From: Antedon mediterranea
Taxonomy: Eukaryota > Animalia > Echinodermata
Assembly: GCF_964355755.1 (NCBI RefSeq)
Contig: NC_092671.1
Coordinates: forward strand, 26,424,070-26,488,069
Direction of reading: 5' to 3'
Length of the DNA stretch: 64,000 nucleotides
Position numbers and translations under genes: made by a program. Positions 26,798 to 36,973 of this stretch are shown piece after piece. The first letter of the stretch is position 1. Each line of letters opens with the position of its first letter. The notes beneath the pieces were generated by a model. It did no database searches. It was not told the DNA's origin and worked only from the letters and a program-made list of their open reading frames with translations.

Positions 26798-27794
26798 GGG
26801 TATGTTCAGACCTACGGAGTTATGCTTTCGTATCACAGCCAAGGTCATATTTTAATGAGCGTCGTAAGAGCAAAGTGTTCAGATTCATTGCAACGAAGTT
26901 GCGTTACAAACGGATATGATGTCACTCGCTGGCGATTAACCAAACTCTAACGCACTTATAGACCTACCTTCGTTGTTATTAAAAGTAGTAGTGGTTGGGG
27001 TAGGAGTTGCAGGCCTAGACCGAACACTTGGGCTCGGCATTATCGATGGGTTGTCAGGCATACCAACCAGCCGATCGTTTTGGGGTTTGGGTTTATATTT
27101 GGTCTATGACCTAAAATATCATTTATGGCAGAAAAATGTTCAAATCCCGTACTTGCACCGGCTCCAGATTTATTTACTCGGTCTTTCGCCGCTTTATACG
27201 ACGACCCCTTCAATTTCGTTTGGATATTAAATCCTTCTTTATGAGGATGGCCCATCTGCTAACGTGTCCGCCATCTCGTTGAACACAGACATCTTGTTGC
27301 CGGTGCTTTTACGCCAGTTTTTCACTTCCAACCGATCTCTAAACTCAGGGCTTCCCCACAATGAAATAAGGTATTTTACTTCGGTTTCTCGCCAATGCGC
27401 ACGCTTCGATGACATTTTAAATTAATTAATATAATAATATTAATAATAATAATACTGTATAGTGTAACAACAAACAAAAGGTATGATTTTTTCGCACGTT
27501 CACCGATCACAACAAATGGATCAGCTTGGCTATACGATGAGGAGCACATGTCACGATGTGATGTGGCGAATATTGTAATTTGATTGGCTAGATATCTAAC
27601 CTAGGTCATATTCATCGATGCGTGACTTTCGTATTGTAAGCGACGTCCACTAAACTCATACCTTGAGCTTTCGTAGCGTACGAAATATCGGTGTCGTACG
27701 AGGTGGCTTCCACTAATCTTTTCCTGGTTCAGACCTATGGACTTGTACGCCGCGTACAATACGAAAGCATAACTCCGTAGGTCTGAACAGGCCC
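26798..27794. mobile_element. PIF/Harbinger deletion derivative, about 1 kb, retaining a Myb/SANT gene remnant
   Basis: TTA TSD. About 36-bp TIR GGG(TA/CC)TGTTCAGACCTACGGAGTTATGCTTTCGTAT. Confidence 0.93.
27040..27415 (-). pseudogene. Frameshifted Myb/SANT-like (trihelix) DNA-binding protein of Harbinger
   Basis: MSSKRAHWRETEVKYLISLWGSPEFRDRLE...SVFNEMADTLA, then a frameshift into MGHPHKEGFNIQTKLK..SYKAAKDRVNKSGAGASTGFEHFSAINDILGHRP. This follows the W..E...LI.LW / Q.K.K / SG / ILG.RP trihelix pattern. Confidence 0.85.
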
Positions 27795-28425
27795 TTAGTC
27801 AAATGTTTGCATCAATCACTGACCTTCTGTGTGAGGTCAAATTGAGACTGATTTTGCTGCATAGATACAAATTGCTCTAAAGACCTAATTTTTAAAACTT
27901 ATTTTGTCAATTGAGACCGCAATCAATTTGGGTTTTTATAACCATATCTTTTTCACAATTTGCCAGAAAATAGGGATTTTTTATTAAAGTGATTGAGTTA
28001 ACCAATTAGTTTTTTTTATGGAGAAATAAGTAATTTTTCCAGTCTTGGATGAAAATATGGAATAAGCTAGTTATTTGCAGGTAAAGAGTGATTGATATTG
28101 TCTATATTGGAAGTTGGAAGGAAGGAAGGAATTATTTAATTTTAATCTAATTAGAATATATTAGATTAGGTTATCAAACTAACACTTGATAAACCACAAA
28201 CATCCCATTCAATCATGTATACATCTGCTATAACCACATTCAGAAAATAAAGGAAGTACTACATTTTCCCCCATACATCCCGGATTCTGGCTTCTCAAAG
28301 TTTAGATCCATATGCTTAGATCATCCTCAGGATTAACAGCACAAGTAGTCCAAAAAAAAAAGGAATTTATTGTTTGAAGCATTTTATGTTGGAGAAGAAG
28401 ATTGGTTACGATTTGGTATGAAATT

Positions 28426-29415
28426 AGCATAACGTACAGTACTGAACATTCTATACAGTGAGACCAGCATAACGTACAGTACTGAACATTCTATACAGTG
28501 AGACCAGCATAACGTACAGTACTGAACATTCTATACAGTGAGACCAGCATAACGTACAGTACTGAACATTCTATACAGCGAGACCAGCATAACGTACAGT
28601 ACTGAACATTCTATACAGTGAGACCAGCATAACGTACAGTACTGAACATTCTATACAGTGAGACCAGCATAACGTACAGTACTGAACATTCTATACAGCG
28701 AGACCAGCATAACGTACAGTACTGAACATTCTATACAGTGAGACCAGCATAACGTACAGTACTGAACATTCTATACAGTGAGACCAGCATAACGTACAGT
28801 ACTGAACATTCTATACAGTGAGACCAGCATAACGTACAGTACTGAACATTCTATACAGTGAGACCAGCATAACGTACAGTACTGAACATTCTATACAGTG
28901 AGACCAGCATAACGTACAGTACTGAACATTCTATACAGTGAGACCAGCATAACATACAGTACTGAACATTCTATACAGTGAGACCAGCATAACATACAGT
29001 ACTGAACATTCTATACAGTGAGACCAGCATAACGTACAGTACTGAACATTCTATACAGTGAGACCAGCATAACATACAGTACTGAACATTCTATACAGTG
29101 AGACGAGCATAACATACAGTACTGAACATTCTATACAGTGAGACCAGCATAACATACAGTACTGAACATTCTATACAGTGAGACCAGCATAACGTACAGT
29201 ACTGAACATTCTATACAGTGAGACCAGCATAACATACAGTACTGAACATTCTATACAGTGAGACGAGCATAACATACAGTACTGAACATTCTATACAGTG
29301 AGACCAGCATAACGTACAGTACTGAACATTCTATACAGTGAGACGAGCATAACGTACAGTACTGAACGTTCTATACAGTGAGACCAGCATAACGTACAGT
29401 ACTGAACATTCTATA
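28426..29415. repeat. 40-bp minisatellite, about 25 copies
   Basis: Unit AGCATAAC(G/A)TACAGTACTGAACATTCTATACAG(T/C)GAGAC(C/G). Confidence 0.98.
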
Positions 29416-29477
29416 TAATACAGAGACCAAATAGAACATTTTTCCATTTTACTGTAGAATAGAAACAATTTAATGAA

Positions 29478-29676
29478 TTGAATGATACAATTGTGCATTG
29501 AGTAAATGCAGAATGTGATGAGGGCTAGTATTGAATGATACAATTGTGCATTGAATGATACAATTGTGCATTGAGTAAATGCAGAATGTGATGAGGGCTA
29601 GTATTGAATGATACAATTGTGCATTGAATGATACAATTGTGCATTGAGTAAATGCAGAATGTGATGAGGGCTAGTA
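29478..29676. repeat. Compound tandem repeat AB-AAB-AAB (A = 20 bp, B = 33 bp)
   Basis: A = TTGAATGATACAATTGTGCA, B = TTGAGTAAATGCAGAATGTGATGAGGGCTAGTA. Confidence 0.93.
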
Positions 29677-29698
29677 TTTGTGATGTACATGAGAATGA

Positions 29699-30526
29699 GG
29701 GCCTAATTCTGCTGCAACTACTTAAAATACGGTATAAAAATACGGGATTTTTTATACTGTATTTTTTAATACCACGTTTCTGCTAACAATACTTCTTGGG
29801 TGGTCGTGTTAAAGTCCATCCTTTTTACCCAAATTGCCATTCATTTATTTGGTCGATAATTAAAAGTTGTAATAAAGGTTTTACGCCTCACTTTCAACAG
29901 CCTAGCCCTAGTGATAGAGATGTTGTGAGAGCACAGCTATGGCCCCATCTCTCAATATCCGGGCCAAACGTAATGGTGGGCAAGTAATTCATTCTCTCCA
30001 CGAGTGATTGTCTTTTACAATGTTGTACTGCTTTCGCAGGCTCTTCAGCTTTGAGTTTACTTGCTTTGGAGACGGGGAAGTCTATTCTGTACTCCTGATA
30101 TATTTCTTGTTTAGAAATGTCTTTATAAATGTGGTTGTCCCTTTTATTATCTTTTAGTTGGCCGGACATTTTAGCTTACCCTCACCCTCCCTCCCCACAC
30201 AGATTTATATAGTAAACGTAACATCTTCGCTCCACATTAAAAAAAAATATATCTATACACGTGTGTAAAACAGCTGATAGCCACAGAAAATAAAAACAAG
30301 ATGTTGACCTCATGTTGCAGGTTTTAAAAAAATACGATATTTTTTATTGGCAGCAGAAAAAGGGTACAAAAAATACTGGTATAAATTTGTAATACCGTAT
30401 TTTATTCACAAATTTTGGTGGGGAAAATACGGTATACAAAATACAGTATTTTTTTATGAGTGTAGTTTCTGCTGCCCAAAAAATACGGTATAGATACGGT
30501 ATTTTCTTGGCAGCAGAAACAGGGCC
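29699..30526 (-). mobile_element. PIF/Harbinger-like MITE, inverted copy of 18146-18951
   Basis: TGA TSD. TIR GGGCCTAATTCTGCTGC / GCAGCAGAAACAGGGCC. The ORF track also shows shared conceptual translations (FYPNCHSFIW...QPSPSDRDVVRAQ). Confidence 0.93.
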
Positions 30527-30663
30527 TGAGAGTCCAAAAGTGTTGGGTTAATGCAGGTTGAAATGGAACCTACAGTAAAACATCCATCCCTGATTACAAG
30601 TGTCTGACATCATCTTGTGTTAACTTCCTATAGGTCACACAAACTATTTCATAGTTAAAGTTT

Positions 30664-30800
30664 TGATTATGTACCCTTTACAGGGTATGTCATCTACCCT
30701 GAGTAGTGATTATGTACCCTTTACAGGGTATGTCATCTACCCTGAGTAGTGATTATGTACCCTTTACAGGGTATGTCATCTACCCTGCTGAGTAGTGATT
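30664..30800. repeat. 43-bp tandem repeat, 3 copies, each with a TACCCT-N4-AGGGTA hairpin
   Basis: Unit TGATTATGTACCCTTTACAGGGTATGTCATCTACCCTGAGTAG. Confidence 0.9.
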
Positions 30801-31117
30801 TATTCAAAGACAGATGTTCTAATTATAATATTCTGGTTTTAGTCCATTGAACCTTAAATAATGGCTTGAAACAATGAATTATATGACAATATTTTATGAT
30901 CAAAGGGTAAAAACTTTTTGAGTTTATGCCAACGAGTTCTAGTTCTATGCCCTAATGTCTCAGAATACAGTATTAGATTAACCATCAATGTGTTTGCTTT
31001 GTGTATTATTAACCAATTACAATTGTTATTGAATTTTATTGTGACATACTGTAGGGTGAAACATTTAATAGTAGTTGACAAAATACCACCTACACGTTTC
31101 TCATACAGTAATACTTA

Positions 31118-31745
31118 GGGACTGTTTCAAATAAAAAAAGAACCGTTTTCTTGGAAACCTGTTTCGGAAGTTGTTTATAAATAAAGATTGCGTTGCAGTT
31201 CCGTCCATGTGCATTCGTTATGAATGTCGATGCATTATTACCCGCATCTCAGTTTGTTTGGCGCAAGGGCGATTGGGAGTTGGTCATGCTTACTTTTTTC
31301 ACTGACTGGCTCATTCGCGGTTCTTTAAATTTGAAATTAAATATGAATATATTTACGTTGTTAATGCTACAATTGAAAATACTGATGATGAAGATATCGT
31401 CAAATTAAACTCGTCCACATTTTTAGTTAAAATTAAAATGTGTACCACAGAGAAATAAAAAAGTTCGCACTGGGTTTTTTTCGACTGCGAGTTGGCAGCA
31501 ATCGTCCTAGTGCAGAGTTTAGTTTTTGGGGTCAAATTGAGACTGCAATTGTGTTGCAGCTGAAAATTGCTCCAAGGAAACCTGTTTCAGAACGTTTCTT
31601 CGCGATCGAGGTCAGAATTAATTGGGGTTTTTGAAACCGTGTTTTTTTTTTTGGGGTTTTTTATGAGTACCCATTTCTGCTGGCAAGAAAAAACTGTTCT
31701 TGAACAGAATGATAAAACCGTTCTCTGCTCAATAGAAACAGGCCC
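31118..31745. mobile_element. PIF/Harbinger-like MITE
   Basis: TTA TSD. TIR GGGACTGTTTC / GAAACAGGCCC. AA(A)CCGT motifs near both ends. Confidence 0.82.
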
Positions 31746-31924
31746 TTAATAAATTATGAAATGTTTGGGGCTTTGAATAAAAAGTAGGATCTAGTTTTAG
31801 GATTACCTATGGCTTAGTATTTAAACTAAATGATTTTATTATGGAAATTAAATTGGTTGATTAGAGGCTTCAAACAATTTACGCAGATAAAAGTAATGCA
31901 CAATGGTTCTTAAAAATTCTCTTC

Positions 31925-31936
31925 ATGAGGGTACAG
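31925..31936 (+). CDS. Weak candidate alternative start exon (MRVQ)
   Basis: ATG AGG GTA CAG|GTAACG, phase 0. Possible acceptor TTTACGCAG at 31886. Confidence 0.25.
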
Positions 31937-32340
31937 GTAACGTCTTTACTTTATAGGATAACATTTATTAGAAACTTAATAGTTGAATAAATAATTTAAA
32001 ATAGACCTATGTACAGAGTTATGGATTATTACAAATTACCATGAATCTGAACATAGCTTGTACAGTAGAAATAATCACAATAATATTATTTCACTTGTGA
32101 ATTGTAATTATATTTATAAAAGTGAACTGGAAATTGAAGTTAACTTTCTAAAAACAAATATGTTTTATTGATATTTCTGTACTTCATCAATATTCTTGCA
32201 TCCCTAGGCTATTTACTTGGCATCCTGACTAGACTGCTACTGTTTGTTAGGATGCGTGGGCCTTGTGTTAGGCAAACCTACCATATCTGATTTAGGCCTT
32301 GTCACAGCCTAGCACTCAAATTTGTACTTTACTTTACTTT

Positions 32341-32879
32341 AGGCCTTTTCACACAGAATTTCGGCAATATTGCGGTAAGCAAGCCGGCGTTATTGCCGGT
32401 CTAGACCCATTCACACAGAAGGTAATATTACGGTAATTTTACCGTTTTCTGTGTGAAAGGCCACAGTGAAAAGGCGCAATATTTAAAGATTAATACTGTC
32501 TTCATAAAATAGAGGTCACCGCCGACAAAACATGCCATGCGCGCACATGTTTGATGTTGTTTTGTGTCCGTCGTTTAGTTTTATTGGTTTTTATTTACGA
32601 CGCATAAAACCTATATTTTTGCCCAACACCACTCTGAGCTAATAACTGCCCGATCTATAGAAACAAAATCTATTAGGCCTACAAATAGACGCGAATTTAA
32701 TTATCAGAAGCTGTTATGAGCTAGCACCAGGCGCGCGCACCGGAGGATGTTCCTAAACTATGCTAACTAGTACCTAGGCTTACATTAAATAATTAAGGTG
32801 TTTTTACCCTTTCACACATAAGCCGGCGTTCGCGAATTACCGCAATATTACCGTCTTACAGCTCTGTGTGAAAGGGGCT
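32341..32879. mobile_element. Harbinger-like MITE
   Basis: TIR AGGCCTTTTCACACAGA / TCTGTGTGAAAGGGGCT, inverted subterminal CGGCAATATTGCGGTAA / TTACCGCAATATTACCG, TTT on both flanks. Confidence 0.82.
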
Positions 32880-34536
32880 TTTGTCAAACAAATCAAGAAT
32901 TATTGTTTGAGATCACAGAGTGGTATTTTTTTTTCGTTTTCGTATTTTGTCATTTTTTAAAAATAAATATCTTTATGATAAAAAAAAAATCACAGTAAAC
33001 TCGAAAAAATGCGAACAATGAAACCAACATTTTTTATATCACAAAAATGATAGGTATTTATAAAAGATACAGTAGATACAGCGGCAAATATTATTATTTT
33101 TGTAATGATAATAAATACATATTTTTCATTTTCATTTGTGAATCCGAATAGAATATCACATTAATCTTCATTTTTCATGTTTCTGGGGTATACTGTACAT
33201 TTTCTTACAAAAGTAAATATTTCTTTTACTACACTCTGAAGAAAACTAACAGATTGAGATCCTACTTACGGTAAATGTAATAATTATTAATATCTTATCC
33301 TTTAATTTTCTTCCTGATTTCTATATTATCTTCATAATGCATTATTGCTGTCCTTGTGAAGTGTCACCCCAAGCTCTCCCCTGACACTTTCTAAAGTCTT
33401 GGTTAGCCAATTCAACTTCCTGCCTTGTGGTTACAAAATACCACTTGTTTATTTATACATCTCTTTTTTTTTATTTCATTGATTGACTCTCAAGGTTTAG
33501 GGTTTTTTTTTTATTTCAATTGATAACTTAGTTATCTTATTTCTCTATGCCTACTGTACATTTATTTTTTGTATATAAATCCCATTTTAATCAATTGCGC
33601 AACTGGATGTTACAGTTTTTTTAGATAAGTATCCTTTACTTGATTATCTTAATTGAGTAGGCATGAATATGTACACAGATATCCTACTGTGCTCTATAGT
33701 ATATCTTTCATTGTGGGATAAAATTTCCCCCAGTAGTTGTCCAAGGAATATAGGGTATATCTGTTGTTGTTGACTGAAATATACTTTTACCTAGTAACCT
33801 AGTTTGTGCTAGTAATAGACATAGTGCATAAATACTGTATCCCAAATCTTGCGTATGATTTGAACATTTTGCGAATTTACGTCTTTTCCTGTTTACTCTC
33901 AATCTTGTAGTGATACAGTAGTACAGTAACTGTAGGTTTGAGGTGGAATACCGATCTAACATAACGAAAAATATTTCATTTTGATATTTTAAAGAGAATT
34001 GTGCTTGCCTCTAGCTATTCCAAAATCATATTACTGAAGGTCAAAACATTCATAATAATAATGTTAATACTAAACTTTAATTTAATTAATGATCTGGAAT
34101 ATTTTTTGCCCTGCCAAAATACTGCCAACAATATTGGTTAAAAAATGTGTTCCTCTATTGAATACCCGAATCTCTCAGCCACCCCCATTCACCTCTGGTA
34201 TAATGGGTTAAACTAAAATTCCTTTCAATCCAATGTCCCAAAATAATATTTTATTAATAATTAATATACCAATGTCTGAAAATGTTTCTAGAATCCTGAC
34301 TTACTACCAATAGAACTTCCCATCAAAGTCTGTTCCTCTTTTTCAAACATTTAAATTACTTTGACGCCATGGATTGACAAGTTTACTTCTTGCCGTGGAT
34401 ATCTCCAGAGTTTTTTGATGAAATTAATTATTTCCTTCCCGTATATTGACTTTAGATGGATGTATACCGGTAATCATGCTTATAACCGAAGTCTTATTTG
34501 AGGCATAGAAAGTTGAGTAGACATTTTTAATGATTT

Positions 34537-34594
34537 ACAACCCTGGCACAAAGATTGAACCCTGCACCTTAGAATGAGAAGGCAACTCTACTAC
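34537..34594 (-). mobile_element. Fragment of a tRNA-derived SINE, same family as 51230-51320
   Basis: Minus-strand B-box GGTTCAATC. Shares TTGCCTTC and CCAGGGTTGT with the 51.2-kb copy. Confidence 0.5.
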
Positions 34595-36516
34595 ATTTTT
34601 TTTCTATGATTCTATGACGATCAGGCCATTCGACGATCGGCCCAACTGTGTTGACGATCTGGCCCATTCTAAAAATAAAGGGAAGCTGACCGGTCCACGA
34701 AAATGAATTGGACTTATAATTGTCCACCATAAAATAACTACGAGTTTGTGATACAAATGTAATAAACTATGTAAAAGGAAATATTTTAATAGTTTTATCA
34801 ACATTAAAATGATTAATCTTTTCTTTGCGTATTTTCTAACGTACGTGCACATGGTGTCAAAACACCTGTTTCTGAAGGGTATATTTTTGGTAGCAAAAAA
34901 GAACATAGAAATAAAATAAAAGCACATCAACCACGACTGTTGCATGCTACACAGGATGCACAGTCAGTCAGTCAGTCATTCACCTGCTGCGCAGCGGTGA
35001 TGGTATAGTACTGTAAGTCTCTCTTTTAGGTGCGAAACTGCAACTGCGATTTTCCTCAGTCTCATCCCTGTATGATACAGACATTTATTATTCCTACAAC
35101 TGGGGTTATAGGAGTCTTAAGGGCCTGTTTAAACCTACAGTGTTTCATATCTTACACGGCTTGCAACCCCATATGTCTAAACCTGGACGAGATTAGTGAT
35201 TTTTCGTCAGTTACTCAAGATTAGTGAACAACGCTTTAATGATATGACGATTTGATTTCCAAATAAAATTTACTCTTGCATACTAGATGTTCGCCAAAAT
35301 CTGTGAGTCTGAACACTGTTACAATGCTATGGCCTTGTTGAAAGCAAAACATATCCTATGTTTAACACTTCATGTTTATACTTTAGTTATTTGTTCTGAT
35401 TTATGTTGTAGCAAGTTCAGAGTTTGTTACAGGTTACTGCCAAACAATCTATGATCATTTCCTTCTCAATTTCCAAACTTTTTTATAGCAGCTTCCTCAA
35501 TCTCTCTCTCCAACTGTATGTCAATTTTCCTTTTTTTTTCATTCTCTTCATTTTTGATTGACTAGAATTGTTCTTATTTTTGTTCTAAAATAATGACAAC
35601 TTTTTCATGCGACTGTATTGCTAACAAATTTTTCCTTTTCATCTTTAATTGTTGCAAAGTTGAATTTGTACTCGACAATCATGCTCAATTAATTTTTCTT
35701 CAACTTGTCAAAAGATTGTCCTCCCAGGGAGACCAGTTAATTAAGTCTACAAAACAATAAATAGGGAGTTTTTATTATGTTCAGTGAATGTGTTTAACAC
35801 CATTATGCCATCGCAGATCCAGGATTTTGTAATGTGCTGAACTGAACCTAATGTCCTATCTTTTGCATTGTAATTTCCATTCCTTTTTATGACTTTACTA
35901 AAGCATACTGTAGGATATACCGTAAAGAAACTAGGAGTTGCCATGTTTGAAATTATTGTTCTGCAGTAAAGCCAGCTGTCTGGCAACATCAAACTAACAG
36001 CATGAGCCTATCATGCTTTGTTTTCAATTTCAGGTCACAATATATTTCATACAGTACAACTTTACAAATATTTTGAAATAACACATTTAATAAATGTTTC
36101 TGCTGCATAATGACAAATAAATGATAATAGATTAAACAAATACAGGTATTTTTAAAATACAGTGCCCTATTTCTGCCAAGTAATTTGTAAATACTCAAAT
36201 TCTTATACATGGAAAAATATTTATATTCTTAAAAAAAAAGATTATATTGGTCAAACAACAAATTTATCTTTTATTTCATCTATCTACATTTGGAGTTATC
36301 CTTGTTTTTTATCTGAAATTATTCAGGGTCTGAGTTATTCTAAATATTGTAATTCTATTACATATTTAATAATTGTTTAATATTTTCAAAGCCAAACCAA
36401 AAAATGTATCTGTTTTTGTAATATAATCTGTCAGTTTTAATATTTTTACAATGCAATATGCAACTTGAGATAAGCATTATAGATGATATTCAATTTGATG
36501 GTTTTATCTCCTGCAG

Positions 36517-36682
36517 GGTTCAGTCTCCCAGCGAGATGCCCGCAGATCTCGTCAGAATGTTAACCCAGGTCACGATGTTATGAAACCACAAGAGGGCCTC
36601 ATCACAAACGTCCACTCCAGCATAGATAGATACCACGGTTACGACCACCATGTGTCAACAAGTATGGAGAAACTTCATCCAG
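36517..36682 (+). CDS. Coding exon 2 (166 nt; GSVSQRDARRSRQN...SMEKLHP)
   Basis: Acceptor TTTTATCTCCTGCAG, open frame, donor CAG|GTATTG. Phase 0 in and phase 1 out, matching both neighbouring exons. Confidence 0.85.
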
Positions 36683-36973
36683 GTATTGTTACTAAGTAAC
36701 TAAAACATGAAATTAGTTACTATTCCTTTGTAATGACATGTTAGATATTTAGTTGATCCACACTAAGTGGAAAGTGGATCACCTATTAATGTTTATAATG
36801 TTTATTTGAGGCTTTTCATGGTTTGTGAGTATAATCATGTGACAAATCAAATTTCTATGGGGGCCATAGTAGCCCAGAGTGTAGTTACACCTGGAAAAAG
36901 ATTTTATAAAAATTTAATAAAAAATCCCTGTTTAAAGTAAATTATTTATAACAATTTTAATCTGTCTTTTTAG

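Noticed and set aside
28049-28080. ATG...CAG|GTAAAG as an alternative start exon (also 15736-15755)
   Set aside because: Phase 2, incompatible with the phase-0 acceptor of exon 2.
35390-35992. Possible decayed LINE ORF on the minus strand (KSWICDGI)
   Set aside because: Only a short suggestive motif with many stops. Not supportable without a search.
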